DNA of 64,000 bases from Sulfolobales archaeon. GTDB lineage: Archaea; Thermoproteota; Thermoprotei_A; Sulfolobales; AG1. The stretch is taken from positions 32,001 through 96,000 of the forward strand of contig JAWBYA010000005.1 of NCBI GenBank assembly GCA_038867615.1, written 5' to 3'. A program made the translations under genes and the position numbers. Under the pieces are notes generated by a model. It was not told the DNA's origin and made no database searches. It saw only the letters and a program-made list of their open reading frames with translations. Of the stretch, positions 30,777 through 41,019 are shown piece after piece. The first letter of the stretch is position 1. The number at the start of each line of letters is the position of its first letter.

Positions 30777-31586
30777 TTGGCTCTCGTGCTAGCCCTCTTC
30801 TGGGGATCTACGTATCCTATTATAAGGATTGCTGGGAATCCCGATCTGATCCTTCTTGGGAGGTATGTTATATCCGCAGCTATATCGACGGCTATTCTCG
30901 TAAGATTCAGAAAAGATCTCGGTAACCAGGTTCGCACAAAGCTCTCAAAGATCCTCGCTTCTGGAGCAGGCAACATGGGTTTTGTTGTGTGTATGTACTA
31001 TGCCCTTCTCTATATACCCTCGGGTCCTGTGTCTGCCATAATATATACATATCCCCTCATAATCCTCCTCATATCTGGTCTCGCAGGCTACTCAGGGATA
31101 GGCTCTAAAACCGCTCTCGGCTCCCTAATAGCATTCGCTGGGGTTCTAACAATCTATGCTCCATCACAACTCGATATTGGTGGAACCCTCCTATCCCTTC
31201 TAGCAGCAGTGTTTTTCGCAGTATCTTCTGTGATTTCCTCCAGAATCCCCATAGATCTTGTAGTCCTCACAGCTATACAGAACATAATCGGACTCCCCAT
31301 AGCAGTGGCTATATATATTCTAGCAGGAGGAGGCTCTGAGGTCGGTATAACACACGTTATCGCTATAGTGCACCAGGGACTTGGAGCTTCTTTCCTAGCC
31401 TATATAGCTTGGTATAGACTTCTAACAAGATCCATAGGGGTTGCTTCCTCAATCGTCTATATGGTTCCAGCAGCCGCCTATATAATGGCTATACCAATAG
31501 CTCGCGAGACACCAACACTCTACCAGATCCTAGGACTAATCCTCGTGCTAATAGGAATATATATAGCTAGGAGAAGGGGATCTTAG
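30777..31586 (+). CDS. DMT/EamA family transporter
   Basis: LFWGSTYP start motif, two EamA-like repeats, about 10 TM helices. Confidence 0.85.
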   Translation: MALVLALFWGSTYPIIRIAGNPDLILLGRYVISAAISTAILVRFRKDLGNQVRTKLSKILASGAGNMGFVVCMYYALLYIPSGPVSAIIYTYPLIILLISGLAGYSGIGSKTALGSLIAFAGVLTIYAPSQLDIGGTLLSLLAAVFFAVSSVISSRIPIDLVVLTAIQNIIGLPIAVAIYILAGGGSEVGITHVIAIVHQGLGASFLAYIAWYRLLTRSIGVASSIVYMVPAAAYIMAIPIARETPTLYQILGLILVLIGIYIARRRGS

Positions 31587-31742
31587 ACAGCTAAGCCCGA
31601 ATCTAGGATCCATCACCTGGCTACACGGCAGGGCAGGATACATGGTTCTCAACACCAGATATAGTAAAAATCCTTATCCATCATATAGCCGATGAAAACA
31701 AGAAAACTAGTAGCAGAGTTAACACTCAAGATAAAGGAGTAT

Positions 31743-33119
31743 TTAGAATCTAACCGCGGGAGAGGTTTTTATATATCTATATCTCTCGTAGATCATCTCA
31801 ACGCCTCCCTGGAACTCTCGGAATGTCACCGGGATCCTTCTACCCATATCTACTACAAAGAACTCGTGCTCGTTCTCACCTATTTTATCCGGTATCAGTG
31901 GTATCTCGTAACCTGTATACTTGCCCGCAGAGATCATGTAGAGGATAGAGCCTCTCTTCTCAATCCTAACCCTTGTTGTGGATCTATATGTCTCGTAAAC
32001 CCCAGCAAGCCTTTCGAGGGTTTTCTCGAATCTTATGAACTGGAGCTCTTTCTCAGGATCTCTGCCAAGCGCTAGTGCTAGAGCATACATCCCTATATTG
32101 GCTGGTAGATATCCTGAGGAGTTCTCGAGAACGATCACTCCGAGCCTTTCTTCTGGTAGATAACCCATATATGCCGTGTGGACAAGCACCGATCCTCCGT
32201 GGCCGACGAGCTTTCTACCGAGGAAGCTGGGTATTATTCTTAATCCAAGCCCGTAGCCCTCTCCAGGGAACTGTGTGTATGGGTATGTTATCCTTATCCT
32301 CTCCATCTCCTCGATACTCTTGCTAGAAACAATCTCGGTGTCATTGAGTCTTCCCCTATTGATCAGCATTGATATATATCTAGCCATATCTATGCAGTTG
32401 CTAAGCAAACCACCGTCTGAGGTTATTCCGTAGGGGAATGGTGTTTTAACCAACCTACCCTCACGATCTATGGCATATGGTGATGCTACATCGCTATCCC
32501 TCTCAACCTCCTCCTTTGCAAAATAGCTCCTCCTCATACCGAGGGGTTCGAGTATTCTTTTCCTAACAAACTCCTCATAACTCATCCCAGAGACCTTGCT
32601 TATGATCATGCCTAGCAAGACATAGCCCTCGTTTAGGTAGAAATACCTCTCGCCAGGCTTTGCAACAGCCCACGAGCCAGCGTCTGAGAGGAATGTCAGC
32701 ATATCCTCATAGCTAGATATAGGGATCCAGGTGGCGTTCTCCTCACCAACAGCGCTCCTGATATAGGCCTCGGCATAGGCTAGAGCAGGGATCCCGCTCG
32801 TATGGCTCATTAGATGCCATATCCTTATCCTCTCTCCTCCTGGCCTGATATCTAGGGGTATATAGCTATCAACATAGTCATCTATGCTAAGCCTACCCTC
32901 CTCAGAGAGGATCATTATAGATAGGCTTGTGAAAGACTTAGTAATAGATCCAATCCCATATACAGTGCTAGGAAGCGCTGGAAGACCCTTCCCATAATCC
33001 CTAAAACCAAAACCCCTCGAATATATGATAGACCCATCCTTAACAACAGCTATGCTTAAGCCAGGAACCTTATTCCTACTCATCCTATCTAGGACAAAAC
33101 TCTCTAGCCTCTCAAACAT
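31743..33119 (-). CDS. Serine hydrolase, beta-lactamase/Pab87 peptidase family
   Basis: SITK (SxxK), YLN (YxN), HGG triad, LMSHTSG; ATG at 33119 (MFERLE) preferred. Confidence 0.9.
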   Translation of the reverse strand: MFERLESFVLDRMSRNKVPGLSIAVVKDGSIIYSRGFGFRDYGKGLPALPSTVYGIGSITKSFTSLSIMILSEEGRLSIDDYVDSYIPLDIRPGGERIRIWHLMSHTSGIPALAYAEAYIRSAVGEENATWIPISSYEDMLTFLSDAGSWAVAKPGERYFYLNEGYVLLGMIISKVSGMSYEEFVRKRILEPLGMRRSYFAKEEVERDSDVASPYAIDREGRLVKTPFPYGITSDGGLLSNCIDMARYISMLINRGRLNDTEIVSSKSIEEMERIRITYPYTQFPGEGYGLGLRIIPSFLGRKLVGHGGSVLVHTAYMGYLPEERLGVIVLENSSGYLPANIGMYALALALGRDPEKELQFIRFEKTLERLAGVYETYRSTTRVRIEKRGSILYMISAGKYTGYEIPLIPDKIGENEHEFFVVDMGRRIPVTFREFQGGVEMIYERYRYIKTSPAVRF

Positions 33120-33212
33120 CTTCAAGACGAGCACCGAGATCTCTATGAGATGGAGAATAATAACATTAACAACCATCTCATCTATACTGGTAGTGAGTAA
33201 GAGAGCGCTTTA

Positions 33213-33362
33213 TCAGCACTTATAATTCTTATAACATATATTGAACCTCTTAGCCAGATCACAGAGAATCCTTAGAGGCACAACAGCCCTCTTATTACCC
33301 GAGACCATGACTATAGCCATCTTACCGCTTATCACAACCTCGGCTTCCACGCATTTCTCCAT
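33213..33362 (-). CDS. Small Cys-containing hypothetical protein, 49 aa (below the ORF track cutoff)
   Basis: MEKCVEAEVVISGKMAIVMVSGNKRAVVPLRILCDLAKRFNICYKNYKC*; GAGGA SD-like just upstream; co-oriented with both neighbours. Confidence 0.55.
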   Translation of the reverse strand: MEKCVEAEVVISGKMAIVMVSGNKRAVVPLRILCDLAKRFNICYKNYKC

Positions 33363-33567
33363 ATATCCTCTATAATCTATCCCCCTACCCCCATTATTTG
33401 TTTTAGCCAGTGCTATTAACAGAGCTCAGCATACAATAGCACCTATAGCATGTATCCAGACCTAGTCTAGGGCCCGTGCTATAGGATTCCCATAATAGAT
33501 CGTTTCAAATCCATAAAGCAAGACCCATCGCTAAATGATCGGAGTACTCGCAGAGAGCTCTAAATCT

Positions 33568-34866
33568 TCAGGCTCTCTCAACCTCAGCTAGAGCTCTATC
33601 CATCACATTTACTATTATATCTAGAAGCTCTGTTCCGATTGTCAGGGGTGGCTGTATTCTTATCACCGAACCATATATTCCTCCCCTGCCAACAAGCACC
33701 CCCATGTTTCTAGCAAACTCTTTAACCTTCTTAGCCTCCTGTGTCGCTGGTGTTTTCTTGGCATCCCTGACCAGCTCAATGCCTACTATTAATCCAAGAC
33801 CTCTGACATCCCCTACCAGTGGGTGTTTATCTTGGAGTTCTCTGAGTCTTTTGAGCAGGTACTCACCTTTTCTGGCAGCCTGTTCATGTAGCCCCTCCCT
33901 CTCGATGATCTCTATGGTTTTTAGCGCGGCTGCAGCTGAGACGGGGTTGCCGCCGAATGTTGAGAAGTGATCCCCAGGCTCGAAGGAGCTTGCTATCTCG
34001 TCTCTAGTTACACATGCCCCCAGTGGAAAGCCGCCTGCTAATGCTTTAGCTAGCGTGACTATGTCTGGCTCAACCCCGTAGTGCTCGATCCCAAACATCT
34101 TCCCTGTCCTGCCAAAGCCTGTCTGAACCTCATCGGCTATTAAGAGGGCTCCGAGGGGGTCTAGGATCTCCTCCTTGACTATTCTGAGATAGTTCCTAGG
34201 CAGGGGTATTATGCCTCCCTCTGCTATGACGGGCTCTACAATCATTGCCGATACCTGGCCTGTTGATGCCTCCCTCACTATGCTTTTAGCAATCTCGGCA
34301 TAGATCTTGCCGCACTCCTCCTCATCGCCTCCGAACGGGGATCTGTAGCAATAGGGGGCTGGAATGAATATAGAACCTGGTAGGAGGGGTCCGAAGCCCT
34401 TCTTCCTAGACCCGTGTCCCGTTATGCTCATAGTACCAAGGGTTCTCCCATGGAAAGACGGTGTTAGGGCTATCACCTCGTATTTCTTGGTATACTTTCT
34501 GGCAAGCTTCAAAGCACACTCGTTAGCCTCAGCACCGCTGTTACCGAAAAAGCTCTTGGTAAGCCTTCTGCTAGGCATGATCTCTGCAAGCTTCTTAGCA
34601 AGCTGGGCCACGACGGGGACGTAGTAGTAATACGAGGATACATGGACAAACCTCCTAGCCTGCTCAAATGCTGCTGAGATCACCTCCTCCCTACCATGAC
34701 CTATATTCATTACAGAGATCCCGGAGAAAGCGTCTATATATTCTCTACCATTAACATCCCTAATGATCTCGCCCCTAGCTTCTGCAACAACCACAGGATC
34801 TACCTCGTCAACTATATTCAGGATCATATACCTATGGGCATCTCTAATAACCTCATCCCTATCCAT
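33568..34866 (-). CDS. Class III PLP aminotransferase (GabT/ArgD-like)
   Basis: NSGAEAN, SFHGRT, LIADEVQTGFGRTG, AKALAGG, HFSTFGGNP; ATG at 34866 preferred. Confidence 0.92.
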   Translation of the reverse strand: MDRDEVIRDAHRYMILNIVDEVDPVVVAEARGEIIRDVNGREYIDAFSGISVMNIGHGREEVISAAFEQARRFVHVSSYYYYVPVVAQLAKKLAEIMPSRRLTKSFFGNSGAEANECALKLARKYTKKYEVIALTPSFHGRTLGTMSITGHGSRKKGFGPLLPGSIFIPAPYCYRSPFGGDEEECGKIYAEIAKSIVREASTGQVSAMIVEPVIAEGGIIPLPRNYLRIVKEEILDPLGALLIADEVQTGFGRTGKMFGIEHYGVEPDIVTLAKALAGGFPLGACVTRDEIASSFEPGDHFSTFGGNPVSAAAALKTIEIIEREGLHEQAARKGEYLLKRLRELQDKHPLVGDVRGLGLIVGIELVRDAKKTPATQEAKKVKEFARNMGVLVGRGGIYGSVIRIQPPLTIGTELLDIIVNVMDRALAEVERA

Positions 34867-34999
34867 ACGCGCCCCATCTATCAGAACAAATATACAATAT
34901 ATATTATTATTCCGGTAAATGTTAAACATTGTATCGCTTAACATATACACCAATAACACGGGATTTGATAACAACAATAGATTCCAGAGAGCCGAGGGA

Positions 35000-36055
35000 T
35001 CATCTATCGGTTGTTATATGTGTCCTCGAGACCTCCTCAGCAGCTTTAACACCGCTCTCTACTTGCTCCCATGGAGACATATTTCTCCACAACCCCCCAA
35101 CCCCTACCAGGTAGATCCCGTTGGATGCTAGATAGGCTCTAACCTCTTCTAAGAATCCCCCGCCGGATCCTAGCGGGGTTATATATGGTATTGTATATAC
35201 CCTCTCGCTCACCACATCCTCCTTATTACTAGCTAGCTTAGCCCATCTAGCTTCTGCAAATGCTCTGGAAACCTGGTCTGTGGGCGGTGGATTCCCTTTA
35301 CAATAGCTCATGAGGCTTTCGACGAGATAGTGGTTAGGAGGCGCTGATGAGGGGTCTATGTTTGATAATATATAGAATGTATGGGTTCTCGAAGCCCTCG
35401 TCCCGTGGATCACTATATCCCATTTCGGAGCATCCCCCCTGATTCCGAGGGCGATGCCCATAAGATCTACATGATCAAGGCTTGCCGCGAGCTCCATAAA
35501 CTTTCCAGAGATCTTCTCGTCATAGAGGCTCTCTAGAAGGAGTGGTAGGGGGTATGATGATACGAGTACACCATATCTAATAACCCTGCCATTCCTGAGA
35601 ACAGCTATTCTTCTAGCTATATCTATCTTCCTAGGAGTATAATATGTATACTCGGAACAGCCGCTAGCGAGCATGGATTTTATAGCACGCCCCCAACCGC
35701 CTCTGGGGATGCAGAGTCTGCCCCCGAGCTCAGGATACCACCAGGGCTTCTCACCAGAAGATCTCCAGCACATGGTTTTTGAAACATGATCCCCCTCCTT
35801 AGCTATGGTGAAAGAGACCTCCTTACATAGCATTTGGAACCCGTGTTTCTCGAAGAAGCCTGAGAACCTCTCAGGGATCAGTAGGGGTAGTTTCTCAAAC
35901 CTAAAGCCCACGGAATGCTGGGTTCCTAGATATCCCCCAGGCTCTAGGCTTGAGTCGACAATAAGTATGCCTCTATATCCCTGAGAACACATGCTCCTCA
36001 CAAAGGAGGCTGCCGCTAGATCGCTTCCAAGGACTAGGAGTGGTCTGCTCTCCAT
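35000..36055 (-). CDS. FAD-dependent oxidoreductase-like protein (amine oxidase/protoporphyrinogen oxidase fold, degenerate)
   Basis: N-terminal LVLGSDLAA...EPGGYLGT...GFRFE pattern, LVSSYPL, GIYLVGVGGLW. Confidence 0.6.
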   Translation of the reverse strand: MESRPLLVLGSDLAAASFVRSMCSQGYRGILIVDSSLEPGGYLGTQHSVGFRFEKLPLLIPERFSGFFEKHGFQMLCKEVSFTIAKEGDHVSKTMCWRSSGEKPWWYPELGGRLCIPRGGWGRAIKSMLASGCSEYTYYTPRKIDIARRIAVLRNGRVIRYGVLVSSYPLPLLLESLYDEKISGKFMELAASLDHVDLMGIALGIRGDAPKWDIVIHGTRASRTHTFYILSNIDPSSAPPNHYLVESLMSYCKGNPPPTDQVSRAFAEARWAKLASNKEDVVSERVYTIPYITPLGSGGGFLEEVRAYLASNGIYLVGVGGLWRNMSPWEQVESGVKAAEEVSRTHITTDR

Positions 36056-36152
36056 CCCACTTCAACAGAATATCCCCTAGCCCCTATATTAGACCATAGA
36101 CTCCATAGGTATATCATCATATTACTAGCTAGGCAGTATAGCTTGGGCGAGC

Positions 36153-36707
36153 ATGGCGGCGATAGTGGCTGGGCTAGACCTCTCGGGAGTCCCTAGGAGA
36201 TGTAGTGGGTATGCAGAGATCCATGTACCGCGAAAAAATATTCTGGATGCTAAATGCCTCTACGAGGATAGAGAGATAATAGAGACTATCAAGAACAGGA
36301 TCTCCGTGGTAGCTATAGACGCCCCCATCTCTAGAGAGCCTACCATGAGGGAGCTTGATAGAGAGGCTATCAGGAGGGGCTATAGGGTTCTGCCGCCAAG
36401 CATGGGAGGCATGAGGATCCTTACCCAGAGGGCTTGGAGGATATATAGCGAGCTCAAGGAATCCGGTGTGATCGTGATAGAGACCCATCCCAGAAGCGCT
36501 CTCAAAAGCTCAGGATCAGGCGGCTTGGAAGAGCTCCTGAGAAGACTTGGTATAGAGATCCCACAAGGCTTGGTGGAAGCTGCTAGAGCTAAGGATATAT
36601 CGGATGCTATAGTTGCCTCGGTAGTAGCCTATTGCTATTATACTAGAGAGTGCATAAGATCTATAGAGGCTCCCGATGGAGTGTTATACCTTATAGCCAG
36701 GCTCTGA
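36153..36707 (+). CDS. DUF429 family RNase H-like protein
   Basis: AGLDLSG, VAIDAPIS, R..D, IETHP, DISDA. Confidence 0.85.
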   Translation: MAAIVAGLDLSGVPRRCSGYAEIHVPRKNILDAKCLYEDREIIETIKNRISVVAIDAPISREPTMRELDREAIRRGYRVLPPSMGGMRILTQRAWRIYSELKESGVIVIETHPRSALKSSGSGGLEELLRRLGIEIPQGLVEAARAKDISDAIVASVVAYCYYTRECIRSIEAPDGVLYLIARL

Positions 36708-36783
36708 GAAGGTCTCTATTCAAAAGCATCTAGAGCGTTGCAGTGTTATTGCATAGATGTTAAGGGCTTTTCACAAATGATTC

Positions 36784-37419
36784 TTGGGATTGGTTTCTGT
36801 GAGACCTTCCACAGGCTACCCAGAAATCGATTCAGAGTTATTCGTAAACGGCGAACCCCTAATCATATACGGCGAGCCCGGGTCTGGCAAGACAAACCTC
36901 GTACTCAAGATACTCAGAGAGTCCCTGAGAATCGGTATGAACGCCTCCTACATATCCACAGAGGGAAGCCTGGTTCTCGAGAGAATGGATAGAATGGGGA
37001 TCCTTGATTTCGAAGCTCTTCACATAGCATTCGCACAAAGCCTATCCCACCTAGCCAAGCTAGCCTCCGAAGCGATCATCGCCGAGCACTCAATAGTAGT
37101 TATAGACAGCATTAACTCACTCTACAGAACCGAGGTTGGCTTCACCCCAAGGGCTAACGAGATCTTCCTCGGAATCCTCGCCATGCTTAAACACCACTCA
37201 CTCTCAGGAAGATGGTCTATAGCTACAGCCCAGGTGAGAGAAATCGAGGATCTAGAACCATCAGGAATAGACCTCATAAGCTTCTACTGCAAAAACCTAG
37301 CAAGGGTCTCGAAAAACGCTAGAGGCACTAGAATCCTTGAGATAGGGGGCAAGAGGTATAGATTCAAAATAACAGAAGATAACGTGATCTTCTCAACCAG
37401 GGTCTCGAAACCCCGTTGA
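36784..37419 (+). CDS. RadB-like RecA-superfamily ATPase
   Basis: STGYPEID, YGEPGSGKT, YISTEG, VVIDSINSLYR. Confidence 0.8.
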   Translation: MGLVSVRPSTGYPEIDSELFVNGEPLIIYGEPGSGKTNLVLKILRESLRIGMNASYISTEGSLVLERMDRMGILDFEALHIAFAQSLSHLAKLASEAIIAEHSIVVIDSINSLYRTEVGFTPRANEIFLGILAMLKHHSLSGRWSIATAQVREIEDLEPSGIDLISFYCKNLARVSKNARGTRILEIGGKRYRFKITEDNVIFSTRVSKPR

Positions 37420-37746
37420 TTTGCCTGCAAGCGTAATTATAGAGATGCGCATGCATGGTTACAATGGCGAAAGGATCTACGAGCTCCCTGAGCAAGGAAA
37501 AGGAGAAAATAAGAGTAGATACTGGGAGGAGATTAAAGATAAAGAATAGCTGAGAGAATTAGTAATAATGGCTGGGGAGGATATCATAGCACCCATATAT
37601 GTAACTAGATCGCAACATAGCAATGCACAGCTTTCAAACAATATCTAGAAACTATGGAGATCGGTAGTTTAAAACGAGGTCTCTATTCCTATTCCTATAT
37701 CACAGATTCTTTAGAACGAAACAGTACCTAGATCTTTTACTCTTGC

Positions 37747-38511
37747 TCATTTTATCTCTAGCTCTCTTCCGTATATTGTTTCTATTCCTAGCTCTTTTGC
37801 TCTTTCTATTGCTTCCTTCATTACGTTTATGGCTACTATTATTTTCTTATCAGGTTTTTTCCCGAGTATTTTTTCGAATATCTCACATCTCTCGTAGAAC
37901 CACTCAACATCGTCTAGCTCTAGAAGGCTTCTAACCTCTATGAAGTATGTGATATTGTCGTGCACATAGATATCTATCTCAAGCCTCGCACCCCTTCTAT
38001 AGTATCTCCCATCGATATCCTTATAGCTTATCTTCTCAACCCTGGCTGGAGAGATCCCTAGTTCTTCTAAAATATCGGAATAGACGTTAAGGATCATTCT
38101 CTCAAGATCTATGCCAACCCTTCCAGACAAGCTCCCGAGAGAGGCCTCGATCCTCATCAAAGCCTTAGAGTGTTCTTGAAGAATCTTAGAATGCTCCTGA
38201 AGAATCCTAGAATGTTCTTGAAGAATCTTAGAGTGGTACTCGAGGATCTTAGAATGTTCTTCGAGAATTTTAGAGTGTTCTTGAAGAATCCTGGAGTGCT
38301 CCTGGAGCGTTCTGGAATGTCCTTCGAGGATTTCTGCGTGTCTTCCAAGTATTTCGTAGATTTTCTTGATATGCTCTGCTATAGTCTTAATAGCCTCTGC
38401 GATATCCCTAAGCTCCTCCGTCCTTGCAGCCCTTACAGCCCTCTCAATGATCTCTTCTATGGTTTTCCAATCAATACTAATGCTCGCGCCTTCTGAATCC
38501 TTGGTGCTCAT
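37747..38511 (-). CDS. Coiled-coil plus PD-(D/E)XK-fold protein (DUF3782-like)
   Basis: Nine ILxEHS(K/R)-type heptads, then LEIDIY...FIEVRS nuclease-like core and AKELGI end motif. Confidence 0.8.
   Translation of the reverse strand: MSTKDSEGASISIDWKTIEEIIERAVRAARTEELRDIAEAIKTIAEHIKKIYEILGRHAEILEGHSRTLQEHSRILQEHSKILEEHSKILEYHSKILQEHSRILQEHSKILQEHSKALMRIEASLGSLSGRVGIDLERMILNVYSDILEELGISPARVEKISYKDIDGRYYRRGARLEIDIYVHDNITYFIEVRSLLELDDVEWFYERCEIFEKILGKKPDKKIIVAINVMKEAIERAKELGIETIYGRELEIK
38164..38352 (-). repeat. 9 x 21-bp degenerate coding tandem repeat
   Basis: Encodes ILGRHAE ILEGHSR TLQEHSR ILQEHSK ILEEHSK ILEYHSK ILQEHSR ILQEHSK ILQEHSK; 189 bp. Confidence 0.9.
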
Positions 38512-38763
38512 ACTCTCAAGATAGATGCTCTTCAGAATTATTTAAACACGTAATTAAGAGCCTCTTCCTTTATTTATAAAGATCTCATCTAGCCTATAGG
38601 GGTCTAGAGATCCAGTGAGGGGACATAAACCGCTGTTAATCCCAAGTCACGGGTTTTATGTCTATTCTAGAGACCCCAGGATCTTCGTAGGCTGTGGGCT
38701 GGGTTTATTTACTCTCTCTGCTTGATATTTACCTCTTGAGTAGATACTGTTTGGGTATTCCCT

Positions 38764-39021
38764 ATGGCGAGCGATGTTTCAAAGACTAGAGGATATCTTA
38801 AATCATTCGGTGTGAGTGTTACGAACTATGAGGAGGAGATGCTTAAACTCATAGAGAAGGCTGGGAAGGGGGTTTCGACAGAGGATCTTGTTGAGGCTAT
38901 AAGGCTTACTGAGAATCTGAATAAGAGGCTTATAGAGATTGTTGAGCATGTCCTATCTATAGAGATTGAGCTTCTCAGAGAGCTTATAAGCAAGGCTGGA
39001 TCTGGAGGGGCTAGGGTCTGA
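38764..39021 (+). CDS. Hypothetical helical protein
   Basis: 85-aa ORF with host-like codon usage, first in an apparent operon with the FdhE-like gene. Confidence 0.75.
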   Translation: MASDVSKTRGYLKSFGVSVTNYEEEMLKLIEKAGKGVSTEDLVEAIRLTENLNKRLIEIVEHVLSIEIELLRELISKAGSGGARV

Positions 39022-39041
39022 GCAGCTCTGTCGTAGAAACT

Positions 39042-39722
39042 ATGGCAAGGATTCCCTGTGGATCTAATACTGAGTGTCAGGACGAGCTGAAGGAGTATCT
39101 AGAGCTCTATGAGCATCTCCACAGATCCATAGAGTCTCTCAACATAGATGTCGAGATGGAGTGTGATAAATATCCTCTAATAGTGTGTGTGAGGAACATA
39201 CAAGGTCTAGCTAGAAAGGCAGCCGAGATTCTGGCGGGACTTGGTGCTGATATGAACGAGACAGAGATCCTGGAGAGTATTAGAAAAACAAGAGAGGAGA
39301 GTGAGATAGGATCCCTAGCATCATATGTACTCAGGAGGATTGTTTTCAGAGGGCTTAGGGATAGGGTGAAGAACCTCTCGTGGAGCTCTGGAAAATGCCC
39401 GGTATGTGGCTTAACACCTATAGCGGCTATAGTTAGGAGGACTCCTCATGGCTTTTTCTCGCAGCTAAGGTTAGAGCTTCACTGTCTCTGCGGCTTCTCA
39501 TGGTCGTATGATGCTTTTAAATGCCCCCTGTGTGGCAATGCGTCTAGAGATAAGTTCGAGGTGATTATGATCAATAGTCTCAAGATCCAGAGGTGCATGC
39601 TATGCAGCCACGCGGTAGCTATAGTTGATGAGGGTCCCCTCATATCAGGGGATCTTGTGCATGTTATCATGAGCTATTCTACGATGAGGCTCGCATCTAT
39701 GGAGAAGCATGGGGGTTCATGA
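39042..39722 (+). CDS. FdhE-like formate dehydrogenase accessory protein
   Basis: WSSGKCPVCG, LHCLCGFSW, KCPLCGN, RCMLC Cys pairs as in the FdhE C-domain. Confidence 0.75.
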   Translation: MARIPCGSNTECQDELKEYLELYEHLHRSIESLNIDVEMECDKYPLIVCVRNIQGLARKAAEILAGLGADMNETEILESIRKTREESEIGSLASYVLRRIVFRGLRDRVKNLSWSSGKCPVCGLTPIAAIVRRTPHGFFSQLRLELHCLCGFSWSYDAFKCPLCGNASRDKFEVIMINSLKIQRCMLCSHAVAIVDEGPLISGDLVHVIMSYSTMRLASMEKHGGS

Positions 39723-39906
39723 AAATTAATAATAGATCTATAGTGATGCTATGTATATGTTTTTACAGATATCCAGGATCATAATACATCTTATTCCAAC
39801 ATACCCTTGAAAGAAAGATCCTCTTGCAAAATTTTTAGGCTTTCTAGCTAATTATTATTGGGTCTCCCCTTCTCTTTATCCACAATACCCCTGGAGGTGA
39901 TCTTCT

Positions 39907-40860
39907 TTGCACAGGCAGGTGCTCAGAAACTCTAAGGGCGCCCTGAGAGCCGCATTGGTAGCTGGGGTTGTCTCGGTTATATTTGCTGCTGGCGAGCTCC
40001 TAGCTATGAGCTGGCTTGGGCATTCAAGCATAGTTATGGCCGACATGATCCACAGCATCCTTGATGCTCTGATGAGTTTCGCAACAGCCTTCTCGATCTA
40101 TATTGTAACCACGCGTAGAAGATCCTCTAGATTCCCCTGGGGCCTCTACAACGCCGAGAGCCTGGCATCCATGTTCATAGCAATAGTAACACTCTTCTAC
40201 GCGTTAGAGACACTCTATACAGGGCTTACAAGCCCCTCCAAAACACCACACTATGTCATACCACTACTACTCGTGGGCTTTGCTGTATCGTATTCCATGT
40301 ACAGGCTTGAGGCTAGATGGGCTGAGAGGTCTATGTCATCCTCCCTCAGATCCGACGCCCTCCACGCAAGATCAGACGCAATGCTAACCCTCTCAGCACT
40401 AGCCGGAGTTGCTATAGAGCTTACAAGCGGAAGCCTATTACCACAGGCAGTAGTCCTAATACTCATAACCGGGTATATTGTGAGGGACTCTCTATATATA
40501 TTCAAGGAAGCTGTGCTCTCAATACTTGGCGCTATGCCGTCTAAAGAAACCGTCGAGCATCTTATAAGAATTGCTGAGAGCTCCTCAGGTTTAAAAGTAT
40601 ATAGAGCTATGCTTAAACGTATGGGGTCTTTCGTCTCCGGCGTAATAATGCTCGAAGCAGAACCCACAATAAGCCTTGGAGAGGCCCACAGGATCTCTAG
40701 AAAAGTGAGAAGAGCCATCTATAGGGAGAGACCTGATGTGGTAAACCTAGTAGTGGTAATCAAACCAAGGGAGAACATGATAAGGATCATCAGAAATAAC
40801 TACCAGTACCAAGAGAGAGGCCAGCCGATCACTAGCTACAGCTATCAAGTGATCAAATAA
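39907..40860 (+). CDS. Cation diffusion facilitator family transporter
   Basis: ADMIHSILD, FPWGLYNAE, SDALHARSD, ISLGEAH. Confidence 0.9.
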   Translation: MHRQVLRNSKGALRAALVAGVVSVIFAAGELLAMSWLGHSSIVMADMIHSILDALMSFATAFSIYIVTTRRRSSRFPWGLYNAESLASMFIAIVTLFYALETLYTGLTSPSKTPHYVIPLLLVGFAVSYSMYRLEARWAERSMSSSLRSDALHARSDAMLTLSALAGVAIELTSGSLLPQAVVLILITGYIVRDSLYIFKEAVLSILGAMPSKETVEHLIRIAESSSGLKVYRAMLKRMGSFVSGVIMLEAEPTISLGEAHRISRKVRRAIYRERPDVVNLVVVIKPRENMIRIIRNNYQYQERGQPITSYSYQVIK

Positions 40861-41019
40861 ACATATTTTATTAATGAAATGAATCATATACACACCTACT
40901 CTCCCCAATTTTGACATCAGAGATTCGGGCTACACAGCAATCGATATTGCTTGGTACAAACGCTCTTAGAGGACTAGTATAGCTGATCAAAAATAAAAAC
41001 CGAAAAACTTGCCACGTTA

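Noticed and set aside
37440-37660. Possible pseudogene fragment after the RadB-like gene
   Set aside because: Purine-rich and coding-like but broken by stops, with no motif I can assign
38164-38352. 21-bp periodic repeats as a CRISPR array
   Set aside because: The repeats are contiguous with no spacers and are explained by a coding heptad repeat
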